Assembly: GCA_964575865.1 (NCBI GenBank)
Contig: CAZNSZ010000010.1
Span: 5,276-69,275, forward strand
Source of the DNA: an uncultured Bacteroides sp.
GTDB lineage: Bacteria; Bacteroidota; Bacteroidia; Bacteroidales; GCA-2748055
Direction of reading: 5' to 3'
Length of the DNA: 64,000 nt
Shown one piece after another: positions 1-7,967 of this stretch. A program made the position numbers and the translations under genes. Each line of letters starts with the position of its first letter. The first letter of the stretch is position 1. The notes under the pieces are model-generated. The model did no database searches and had not been told where the DNA came from. It saw only the letters and a program-made list of their open reading frames with translations.

Positions 1-1056
1 CTCAGTGAGATGGCGAAGGGGTCCCTTGCGTCCCTGCTTCCCCTCGGGATCCTGGCCGGATCACTGGTCTTTGGTCCGGTGGCGGACCGTTATTCCTACC
101 GCTTCCTGATGTTTATCAGCGGACTGGTCACAGCGGCCGGGATTATCCTCATCGCACTTTCCAGCCGGATCACAGGCCTGCAGGTGGCTTTCTTTTTGAT
201 CGGCATGGGAGGCGGTTCCCTCAACGGGACCACCAGTGCACTGATCTCTGACCTCAGTCCGGATGGAAGCAGCCAGAGGGCCGCCAACCTAAGCCTTCTG
301 GGCGTTTTTTTCGGGTTGGGAGCGCTGGGGACCCCCCTGTTATTCGGAACGGTTCCCATCCAGGGTGACTACCAGAAGGTGCTTGTCTGGATCGGAGGTT
401 CCATGTTGCTGCCCTCGCTCTATTTTCTGTGGGTCCGGTATCCGGCGGCAAAAAGGGGTGCAGAGAAAGGCACCAAGGGATTGCGGATGTTATGGAGCAA
501 TAAACTGCTTTTGCTCATCGGGGGGGTATTGTTCATCCAGTCGGGGCTCGAATCGATGGTCAACAACTGGATCACCACCTATTATACCCTTCACGGAGGC
601 CTTACCGCGAAAGCATCCCTTACCCTGCTGACCCTCTTCGTGGTGGTTTTTACGTTCTCCCGTTTTCTGTTGAAGTACCTGCTGGCGGTGATCCCTGCCA
701 CCCGGATCATGTGGGCGGCGGCGGGGCTCATCGCCGCCGGTTCCCTGGTCATGTACTGGGGTACGGGAAGGGTGGCGGTTTATCTCTCCATCGCATTCCT
801 CGGTTTGGGACTGGCAGCGGGTTTTCCTGTTTTGCTGGGGGTGGTGGGAGAGGAATTCAGGACATGGTCGGGTACCGCTTTCAGCATGGTATTTGCCATT
901 TCGGTCATCGGGAACTCGCTGATCAACCTGGGGGTGGGATGGTTCACTGAACGGGCGGGAATGAAGGTGCTTCCCGTTTTAATGACAGGTTGTGTGATCA
1001 TTTACAGCATCTTATTATACAATACATTTCACACCATTCATTCAACTAAAGATTAA
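1..1056 (+). CDS. MFS transporter (5' end outside window)
   Basis: The frame is open from nt 1, so the ATG at 10 is probably internal. About 10 hydrophobic helices with G-rich loops are typical of major-facilitator proteins. At 348 aa it is short for a 12-TM MFS, so the N-terminus is cut by the window edge. Confidence 0.75.
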   Translation, partial: LSEMAKGSLASLLPLGILAGSLVFGPVADRYSYRFLMFISGLVTAAGIILIALSSRITGLQVAFFLIGMGGGSLNGTTSALISDLSPDGSSQRAANLSLLGVFFGLGALGTPLLFGTVPIQGDYQKVLVWIGGSMLLPSLYFLWVRYPAAKRGAEKGTKGLRMLWSNKLLLLIGGVLFIQSGLESMVNNWITTYYTLHGGLTAKASLTLLTLFVVVFTFSRFLLKYLLAVIPATRIMWAAAGLIAAGSLVMYWGTGRVAVYLSIAFLGLGLAAGFPVLLGVVGEEFRTWSGTAFSMVFAISVIGNSLINLGVGWFTERAGMKVLPVLMTGCVIIYSILLYNTFHTIHSTKD

Positions 1057-1061
1057 AGCAC

Positions 1062-1826
1062 ATGAAACTAGCAAAAGCGTGGCTCGAAAATGCCAGGAAA
1101 GTGATGTCGGATATGGAAAATACACAGATGGAACAGATTCAGCGAGCGGCCGGTCTGATGGCTGATACCATCGGGCAGGGCCGGTGGGTACATACCTTCG
1201 GCTGTGGCCATGCCACCCTGCCCGTTGAGGAAATGTATCCCAGGATCGGGGGATTTGTGGGGTTCCACCCGATCATCGAGCTCCCGCTCAGCTATTTTAC
1301 ACATATTGTAGGCGATATGGGGGTGCGGCAGTTCGTATTCCTGGAAAGGGTGGAAGGGTATGGCAGGGAGATCATGAGCGGATATCAGTTCGATCCGAGG
1401 GATACCCTCTGGATCTTCTCCCATACGGGGATCAATAACGTCAATATCGATGTGGCCATCGAAGGGAAGAAAGCGGGGATGGCAGTGGTGGTTTTCGGGT
1501 CCACGGAACATCTTGAAAAGCGTAAAAGCAGGCACTCTTCCGGAAAAACCCTTTTTGAACTGGCCGATGTGGTGGTCAATACCTGTGCTCCCCTGGAAGA
1601 CGCTTCGGTTCCTTTGAAGAACCACTTCGATAAGGTTGGGCCGGTCTCTACCATGGCATTCGTTTCGGCGGTCTGGATGACCATCGTGACTGTGGCTGAA
1701 ATCCTCGAGGAGCGGGGGGTGAAGCTCTACATTCATCCTTCGCACAACATTCCCGGGGACACCACTGCCCATGACCGGCTGAACGAGGCCCTGGCGGAAT
1801 ACAAGTCGAGACTGACCGGGGTCTGA
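1062..1826 (+). CDS. SIS-domain protein, UPF0309-like sugar-isomerase family
   Basis: ATG start 5 nt after the MFS stop. Blocks HTFGCGHA, RIGGFVGFHPI and FSHTGINN match the SIS/UPF0309 pattern (FGxGHS ... R.GG). Confidence 0.75.
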   Translation: MKLAKAWLENARKVMSDMENTQMEQIQRAAGLMADTIGQGRWVHTFGCGHATLPVEEMYPRIGGFVGFHPIIELPLSYFTHIVGDMGVRQFVFLERVEGYGREIMSGYQFDPRDTLWIFSHTGINNVNIDVAIEGKKAGMAVVVFGSTEHLEKRKSRHSSGKTLFELADVVVNTCAPLEDASVPLKNHFDKVGPVSTMAFVSAVWMTIVTVAEILEERGVKLYIHPSHNIPGDTTAHDRLNEALAEYKSRLTGV

Positions 1827-1869
1827 CAGGGATTGGAGACAGATCCGGCCCCTGCAATGACATTCCTCT

Positions 1870-1877
1870 TATCTTTG
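1870..1877 (+). promoter_or_regulatory. Bacteroidota-type -7 box TATCTTTG (TAnnTTTG)
   Basis: Exact TAnnTTTG match 25 nt upstream of the ATG at 1903. Confidence 0.45.
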
Positions 1878-1902
1878 TTCATGCATCACCAAAGACCACA
1901 CA

Positions 1903-3294
1903 ATGAAATCTCATGTACCCTCCTTCCTGTTGGCCCTTGTTATGTTCACGGCCGCCTTTCCAGTGACCGGGCAATACGGATCCCGCGACATTGAAGGTTC
2001 CTGGCAGGGAGAGCTGGAAGCGGCCGGAACCGTTCTGAGGATCGTGTTCCACCTCCAACTGGATGACCAGGAACAGTTAAGTGCCACTTTGGACAGCCCC
2101 GACCAGGGTGCCACGGGGATCGGAATGGGAGAGGTTTCCCTCAGCGGGGATACCCTGGTGATTGAAGCTCCGGTGATCATGGGCAGGTATGTGGGAAGGG
2201 TGGTCACCGATTCCTCCATCACCGGTACATGGCACCAGGCGGGGCAACAATTCCCCCTTGACCTGAAGCGGCAAGTGGAATCCATCGTGATAAGCCGGCC
2301 CCAGGAGCCCCTGCCTCCCTTTCCTTACAGGGAGCAAGAGGTGACTTTCCGGAACCATGAGGAGGGATTTTCTCTGGGGGGCACCCTGACCCTCCCCGAT
2401 GGGGAAGGGGTATTTCCAGCGGTGGTGCTGGTTTCGGGATCCGGCAGCCAGAACAGGGATGAGGAGATCTTCGGGCACAAACCCTTCCTGGTGATCGCAG
2501 ATTACCTCACCCGGCGGGGAATGGCCGTGTTGCGGTATGATGACCGCGGTGTCGGGGCTTCGGGAGGGAGCATGGATGGGGCAACCACCTTGGATTTGGC
2601 CTCGGATGCCCGTGCCGCCATCGAGTTCCTGTCGGCACGTCAGGATATCGATAAAGGCCGCATCGGCCTGATCGGCCACAGCGAGGGCGGTTTGATCGCT
2701 CTGATGCTCGCAGCCGGAACGGAGCAGTTATCCTGTATTGTATCGCTTGCCGGGCCTGGGGTGGAAGGCAGGGCGATCCTCCTGGATCAGAGTGAACACA
2801 TCAGCAGGCTGAGCGGGTTACCCGAGGCGGTGATCATTGAAAACAGGAGGGTCATGGATCAGGTTTACGACATGATGGAATTGTCCGACACCTATTCCGT
2901 CTGGGCGGACTCGTTAAGGGCAAACTTTCAGACGCCCTATATGGAACGGATTCTGCAATCCATCCCGGAATCCTCCTATGCCTGGATGCGCTATTTCGTC
3001 ATGTCGGATCCCGGCGATTATTTCGGGAACATCGGATGTCCGGTGCTGGCCATCAACGGGGAAAAGGACAGCCAGGTGATGGCAGATAAAAACATCAGGG
3101 CCATCCGGGAAGGGCTGGAGGCAGCGGGAAACCGGCAGGTCACTGCCAGGGTGCTTCCCGGACTCAACCACCTGTTCCAGCCTTGTGAAACCGGTCTTCC
3201 GGCCGAATACAGCCGCATTGAATGGACCTTTGACCTGGATGCCCTGGCATTGATCAGTGACTGGCTGACCGGGGTGATGCAACCGGTTACCTGA
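1903..3294 (+). CDS. secreted alpha/beta-fold serine hydrolase
   Basis: Signal peptide MKSHVPSFLLALVMFTAAFPVTGQ. GHSEGG nucleophile elbow (GxSxG) and a C-terminal LNHLF histidine block. The N-terminal ~130-aa accessory domain is common in Bacteroidota S9/S33-like hydrolases. Confidence 0.75.
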   Translation: MKSHVPSFLLALVMFTAAFPVTGQYGSRDIEGSWQGELEAAGTVLRIVFHLQLDDQEQLSATLDSPDQGATGIGMGEVSLSGDTLVIEAPVIMGRYVGRVVTDSSITGTWHQAGQQFPLDLKRQVESIVISRPQEPLPPFPYREQEVTFRNHEEGFSLGGTLTLPDGEGVFPAVVLVSGSGSQNRDEEIFGHKPFLVIADYLTRRGMAVLRYDDRGVGASGGSMDGATTLDLASDARAAIEFLSARQDIDKGRIGLIGHSEGGLIALMLAAGTEQLSCIVSLAGPGVEGRAILLDQSEHISRLSGLPEAVIIENRRVMDQVYDMMELSDTYSVWADSLRANFQTPYMERILQSIPESSYAWMRYFVMSDPGDYFGNIGCPVLAINGEKDSQVMADKNIRAIREGLEAAGNRQVTARVLPGLNHLFQPCETGLPAEYSRIEWTFDLDALALISDWLTGVMQPVT

Positions 3295-4765
3295 TCCCGT
3301 AGATCTTCTGAAAGTGATATCCGTAAATGGAGTAGGTAATGGCCATGGGAAAAAGCCGGGGCCGGTTCAGCAGGCTCCAGAAAAAGAGCTTCCAGTAGTA
3401 GATCCTTCCCCTGTTAAGGATCCCGATGTAGAAAAGTGACCTGAACAAGGCCATGATCCTTCCGGAATCCACTCTCCTCAGGTTCTGGGGTGCCGGCCTG
3501 AAATCCTTCAGGAACCGGATGAGCCGCCGGTAATAGGCTTTGCTGGAATAGATCCCCTGCAGGATCGAGTGGTAGCCGCTGATCAGGATCTCCCTGTCCA
3601 TTTTCGGGATGAAATTCATGGAAAGGTTGGTGTTGTTCCCGTCAAACCGGTTCAGGATCCGCCCCTCCTTCTTCAGTCGATCGTAAAGGCGGGTCCGGTT
3701 GGGTGCATTGAGCAATCCCACCATGGCGGTGATGATCCCGCTCTGACTGATGAAATCAATCTGGCGCTGAAAGATGCCGGGAGGATCCTGATCAAATCCG
3801 ACAATGAAACCGCCTGTTACCTCCATTCCGGCAGACTGGATCTTCTTTACGCTGGCCACCATATTGCGATCCAGGTTGTGGTTCTTGTCACATTGCGCCA
3901 GGCTCTCTTCATGGACGGTTTCGATCCCCACAAACACCCTTTCAAAGCCCGCTTCTGACATCAGTCGCATCAATTCCGGATCGTCCGACAGGTTGATGGA
4001 GGCTTCCGTTGTAAAGGTGAACGGGTAGTTGCGCGACCTGTTCCAGGCAATCATTTCCGGCAGCAACCTGTGCTTTAACTGGTGGCGGTTCCCGATGAAG
4101 TTGTCATCCACAAAGAAAAGGCTTCCGCGGAAGCCGGTTGCATAGATGACGTCCAGCTCCCTGAGGATCTGGTCCGGGCTTTTGATCCTTACTTTTCTTC
4201 CCAGCAGGGCGGTGATCTCGCAGAATTCACACTGGAAGGGACAACCCCTGGAGTATTGCAGGCTCAGCTGTGCGTAATGGTTCACGTTGATCAGGGAATA
4301 ATCGGGTGGCGGAGTTTTGCGCAGGTCTGCAAAACGACCGGTCCGGTAGATCCTTTGCGGATTTCCCCGTTCCAGGTCTTTCAGAAACAGGGGGAGCGTG
4401 ATCTCCGCTTCGTTGAGGATCAGGTGGTCCATCTGGGGGAAGGCTTCCGGATCACCCGTAAAGAGGGGACCGCCCCCTACCGTTTTTACCCCCAGCTCCC
4501 TGGCCCGTGTGATTACCTTCCTTACAGACTCTTCCTGTACCGACATGGCCGTGACGAAAATGAAATCGGCCCAGCGGATGGATGCTTCCGTCAGTTCCCC
4601 GGTATTGAGATCCACGAGCTTCCGGTTCCATGATTCCGGCAGCATGGCAGCGACCGTCAGCAGGCCCAGGGGAGGATTGGTGGCCTTTTTCCGGATGAAT
4701 TTCAATGCGTGACTGAAGCTCCAGTAGGTTTCGGGTATGGATGGATTGACAAGTAAAATATTCAT
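3287..4765 (-). CDS. B12-binding-domain radical SAM protein (class B, DUF4070-type C-terminus)
   Basis: ATG start. N-terminal Rossmann-like B12-binding region, radical-SAM motif CPFQCEFC (CxxxCxxC) and a long conserved C-terminal extension. The 3' end overlaps the convergent hydrolase gene by 8 nt. Confidence 0.8.
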   Translation of the reverse strand: MNILLVNPSIPETYWSFSHALKFIRKKATNPPLGLLTVAAMLPESWNRKLVDLNTGELTEASIRWADFIFVTAMSVQEESVRKVITRARELGVKTVGGGPLFTGDPEAFPQMDHLILNEAEITLPLFLKDLERGNPQRIYRTGRFADLRKTPPPDYSLINVNHYAQLSLQYSRGCPFQCEFCEITALLGRKVRIKSPDQILRELDVIYATGFRGSLFFVDDNFIGNRHQLKHRLLPEMIAWNRSRNYPFTFTTEASINLSDDPELMRLMSEAGFERVFVGIETVHEESLAQCDKNHNLDRNMVASVKKIQSAGMEVTGGFIVGFDQDPPGIFQRQIDFISQSGIITAMVGLLNAPNRTRLYDRLKKEGRILNRFDGNNTNLSMNFIPKMDREILISGYHSILQGIYSSKAYYRRLIRFLKDFRPAPQNLRRVDSGRIMALFRSLFYIGILNRGRIYYWKLFFWSLLNRPRLFPMAITYSIYGYHFQKIYGIR

Positions 4766-4788
4766 AATGATTTATTTATTTCTCCATA

Positions 4789-4796
4789 CAAAACTA
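4789..4796 (-). promoter_or_regulatory. -7 box TAGTTTTG for the radical SAM gene
   Basis: CAAAACTA on the + strand equals TAnnTTTG on the - strand, 23 nt upstream of the start codon at 4765. Confidence 0.45.
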
Positions 4797-4919
4797 TCAT
4801 CAGGATCAATTCGGGAGAATTTTTTGGGACAGACCACTATGTCGAAGGGCAGATCCACACGATTTGTGACCAATGCTGTCAGGAATGGGACGGTTGTTCA
4901 CATGGCGGGACCAATGCAA

Positions 4920-4927
4920 TATTTTTG
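4920..4927 (+). promoter_or_regulatory. -7 box TATTTTTG for the aldo/keto reductase operon
   Basis: Exact TAnnTTTG match. It would give a ~95-nt leader before the ATG at 5023. Confidence 0.35.
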
Positions 4928-5022
4928 TATCTTCTCAGCAGGTGGTTTCAAACAATTACGAAGGGACCGCTGTTACAGTGTAAGAATCACCGGGGTACAG
5001 GAGCCCCGTAAACCAGCACTTC

Positions 5023-5886
5023 ATGAAAAGAAGATCATTTATCAGGCATTCGCTGGCCGGGTCGGCCCTTCTGGCAGCATTTCCCTATCACCTGCTGGCC
5101 GGGGATAAGAAGTTGTATCCCTATGACCGGGTTCCGTTGGGGAATACCGGGATCTCCATGTCAAGAATGGCCATGGGAACGGGAACAAGCGGATTCGGGG
5201 GAAGTTCAAACCAGACCCGCCAGCTGGGGATCAAAGGTTTGTCGGATCTGCTCAGGGCCGCTTTCGACGAGGGGATCAATTTCTGGGAGACCGCGGATCA
5301 GTATGGTTCGCATCCGCACATTCGGGAAGCTTTTAAAAAGGTGGACAGGGAACAGGTGGTGGTGCTGACCAAGACCAATTCAACCACCTATGAGGATGTG
5401 AAAAAGGACCTGGAGCGGTTCAAGAGTGAGCTGGGGACCGACTATTTTGATATCGTCCTCCTGCATGCGGTCACCGATCCCCGGTGGAATGTGAACATGA
5501 AAGGTGCCATGGAAGCGCTCTCCGAAGCGAAGGAAGAGGGAACGATCAGGGCACACGGCATCTCGTGCCATTCCATCGGGGCCCTGCGCACCGCCGCTGA
5601 CGAACCCTGGGTCGAAGTGGACCTCGCCCGGTACAATCCCGGAGGAGTGGCCATGGATGCCGATGTGGACACCGTCAGGGATGTGCTCACCAGGATGAAG
5701 GACAACGGAAAGGCGATCATCAACATGAAGGTGTACGGAGCCGGGAGGTTGACCGATAAAAAGGACGAGTGCCTCGAATTTTTCACGGGAACTCCCTTTA
5801 TGGACAGCTTCACCATGGGGATCGAAAGCTATGAACAGTTGAGGGATATCCAGAAAAGATTGCCCGAGGCCAGTGTCCGGGGCTAA
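5023..5886 (+). CDS. aldo/keto reductase with twin-arginine (Tat) signal peptide
   Basis: Leader MKRRSFIRHSLAGSALLAAFPY fits the RRxF Tat motif. AKR blocks are GINFWETADQYGS, VVVLTK, DIVLLH and ISCHS. Confidence 0.75.
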   Translation: MKRRSFIRHSLAGSALLAAFPYHLLAGDKKLYPYDRVPLGNTGISMSRMAMGTGTSGFGGSSNQTRQLGIKGLSDLLRAAFDEGINFWETADQYGSHPHIREAFKKVDREQVVVLTKTNSTTYEDVKKDLERFKSELGTDYFDIVLLHAVTDPRWNVNMKGAMEALSEAKEEGTIRAHGISCHSIGALRTAADEPWVEVDLARYNPGGVAMDADVDTVRDVLTRMKDNGKAIINMKVYGAGRLTDKKDECLEFFTGTPFMDSFTMGIESYEQLRDIQKRLPEASVRG

Positions 5887-5897
5887 GGAATTGACCG

Positions 5898-6290
5898 ATG
5901 AACCAGCTGACACTGACCACCCCGGCCCTGCTGTTCTCTGCCATCTCGCTCCTTTTGCTGGCCTATACGAACCGTTTTCTCACCTACGCCAATGTGGTGC
6001 GGAGTTTGCATGCCCGCTTCAAAGAGAACCGGGACAGTCTGATCATCGGGCAGATTCAGAACCTGCGTAAAAGGCTGGTGCTTACGCGGAGCATGCAGCT
6101 GCTGGGTATCGGCAGCCTGCTGCTGTGCGTGCTCTGCATGTTCCTTATATATGTGGAATTACAGGTTATGGCCGAAGTGATTTTCGGGATTGCACTGGTG
6201 ATGCTCATCCTCTCCCTGGCCATTTCCATCAGGGAGATCCAGATATCCGTCAGGGCACTGGATCTTCACCTGAGTGATATGGAATTGTGA
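5898..6290 (+). CDS. DUF2721-family membrane protein
   Basis: N-terminal TM followed by the NRF...R block, then two C-terminal TMs, as in DUF2721. It starts 11 nt after the AKR stop, so it is likely co-transcribed. A paralogue lies at 58481-58957. Confidence 0.65.
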   Translation: MNQLTLTTPALLFSAISLLLLAYTNRFLTYANVVRSLHARFKENRDSLIIGQIQNLRKRLVLTRSMQLLGIGSLLLCVLCMFLIYVELQVMAEVIFGIALVMLILSLAISIREIQISVRALDLHLSDMEL

Positions 6291-6294
6291 CCGG

Positions 6295-6477
6295 TCAGGC
6301 CCCCACGGCCTTCAGTGCCTCGTAGACCAGGAAAGCCGGCCAGACAATCGCTTTCAGGATCCCCAGCACGCCCATCCAGAAACCGGTGGCGGTGGAAATA
6401 TAGTAAATGGCTGCGCCGATGATCCCGACGCCGTAAACGGCATTTGCAGGGGCTGATTTGGAAACTTCTTTTTTCAT
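6295..6477 (-). CDS. small two-TM membrane protein (60 aa)
   Basis: The ATG at 6477 gives MKKEVSKSAPANAVYGVGIIGAAIYY... with two hydrophobic helices. The longer 74-aa ORF in the track needs a TTG start. Confidence 0.45.
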   Translation of the reverse strand: MKKEVSKSAPANAVYGVGIIGAAIYYISTATGFWMGVLGILKAIVWPAFLVYEALKAVGA

Positions 6478-6524
6478 GATGTTCTCCTGAGGATGAATGA
6501 ATTTCACTAAATTAAACAAATTTT

Positions 6525-6944
6525 ATGGGCAAGTTCTATTTTTGCGGCTCCATCAGGGGGGGCAGACAGAAGGCAGCTGATTACGAGAAGCTCATTCAGT
6601 GGCTCTCCGCCTTTGGCCAGGTGCTTACCGAACATGTGGGGAATGACGAGGTGATCGAAGGCAGGGACAGGGCCCTCAGTGACCGGGAGATCCATGACAG
6701 GGATCTGGGATGGATCTCTGAATCGGACCTGGTCATTGCGGAGGTCACCGTTCCAAGCCTGGGAGTGGGATACGAGATCGCCAGGGCACTCCAGATGGGG
6801 AAGCCGGTCTGGTGCCTGGTTCAGCGGGATGCGGAGCATACCCTGTCAGCCATGATCGGGGGGTGTCCCGACGTGACCGTGATCCCCTATGACGCACCAG
6901 AGGAACTGACCGGCCGGATCAAACAGTTAATAAGTCATCAATGA
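6525..6944 (+). CDS. 2'-deoxynucleoside 5'-phosphate N-hydrolase (DNPH1/Rcl-like, nucleoside 2-deoxyribosyltransferase fold)
   Basis: Near-exact matches to DNPH1 signature blocks: FYFCGSIRGGR at the N-terminus and DLVIAEVTVPSLGVGYEIARA, which contains the catalytic Glu. Confidence 0.85.
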   Translation: MGKFYFCGSIRGGRQKAADYEKLIQWLSAFGQVLTEHVGNDEVIEGRDRALSDREIHDRDLGWISESDLVIAEVTVPSLGVGYEIARALQMGKPVWCLVQRDAEHTLSAMIGGCPDVTVIPYDAPEELTGRIKQLISHQ

Positions 6945-7963
6945 TTAAAAAAGAAGTTATACACGAAATAAAAAATGTGTATACGGCCAATTTCTTCATG
7001 GCTGGCGGAGAACCGCTGATCGCGGCGGGTTCAGAAACAGAACCGGTGGTCCGGTTGTTCCATCCCGGAAGCGGGGCGGTGGAGGAGATCCCCGGTTGTC
7101 CGGGCGGGATGATGAGCTTTTTGCCGGTTCCGGGCCGGCCGGATCAATTTGTCTCCATCATGGGTCTGTTCCCTCCCTTTATCGGGAAGGATGCAGGGCT
7201 GTATCTCCATACCCGTTCTTCCGGAGGGTGGAGCACGGTCAAAGCCATGGAGCTCCCTTTTGCCCACCGGTGTGAATTCATTCAGAACAGGGGGGAGGTT
7301 TTTCTGCTGGCCGCTTCCGTAAGCCGGCACAAAGAGGAACCGTCGGACTGGTCCCTTCCCGGGGAACTGCACCTGGTCGCCCTGGATAGCCAGAAAGGCC
7401 TTCCATGGAAGCCTGAAGTCCTCGAAAAGGGCATTATCCGGAACCACGGGATGAGCCGGGCAAAGATCAACGGTGAAGAAACGGTAGCGGTTTCAGGGGA
7501 GGAAGGGATCTTCACCATTCACAGGGAAGGGAGCGGGAAGTGGATTACCCGGCTGCTTTTTCAGGGGGAGGTCAGCGAGATGAGCCTGCTGGACCTGGAC
7601 GGCGACGGGGAGGATGAGCTGGTGACCATCGAACCCTTCCACGGGGATCAGCTTTCCATCTATAAAAGGGAGGGGAAAGCATGGGGATTGCGGTTCACAG
7701 CCCCACTGGAATTCGGACATGGACTGGGTGCAGGGATGTACAATGGCGTTCCGGTGGTGGTGGCCGGTCACAGAAGCGGATCATTGAACCTTGAGATGTT
7801 TTCCGTTGCCGATCTGGCCGGGGGCGTGGTGAGTAAAAGGGTGCTTGAGGCCGGTGCGGGTCCTACGCAGACCCAGGTCTTCCGGATGAAGGGGCGCGAT
7901 TACATCCTGAGCGCCAATCAACGCAAACATGAAGTGGCCCTTTACAGCGGGCAGCCCGCATAA
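6941..7963 (+). CDS. hypothetical cytosolic protein, propeller-like with FG-GAP/VCBS-type DxDxDG repeat
   Basis: The start overlaps the DNPH1-like stop (ATGA). No signal peptide. LDLDGDGEDELV Ca-binding-type repeat and repeated beta-strand-rich segments. Family not recognised. Confidence 0.6.
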   Translation: MIKKEVIHEIKNVYTANFFMAGGEPLIAAGSETEPVVRLFHPGSGAVEEIPGCPGGMMSFLPVPGRPDQFVSIMGLFPPFIGKDAGLYLHTRSSGGWSTVKAMELPFAHRCEFIQNRGEVFLLAASVSRHKEEPSDWSLPGELHLVALDSQKGLPWKPEVLEKGIIRNHGMSRAKINGEETVAVSGEEGIFTIHREGSGKWITRLLFQGEVSEMSLLDLDGDGEDELVTIEPFHGDQLSIYKREGKAWGLRFTAPLEFGHGLGAGMYNGVPVVVAGHRSGSLNLEMFSVADLAGGVVSKRVLEAGAGPTQTQVFRMKGRDYILSANQRKHEVALYSGQPA

Positions 7964-7967
7964 CCGG

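Noticed and set aside
3287-4765. Radical SAM enzyme considered as the anaerobic sulfatase-maturating enzyme for the sulfatase at 21811.
   Set aside because: It has a B12-binding N-terminal domain and no SPASM-type auxiliary Cys clusters. It lies 17 kb away in an unrelated context.
4766-5022. Possible cobalamin (or other) riboswitch in the 257-nt region upstream of the B12-binding radical SAM gene and the AKR gene.
   Set aside because: I found no B12-box-like string (GCCACTG) and no conserved cores of TPP, SAM, FMN, Moco or THF riboswitches on either strand. Only short 4-5-bp hairpins are present.
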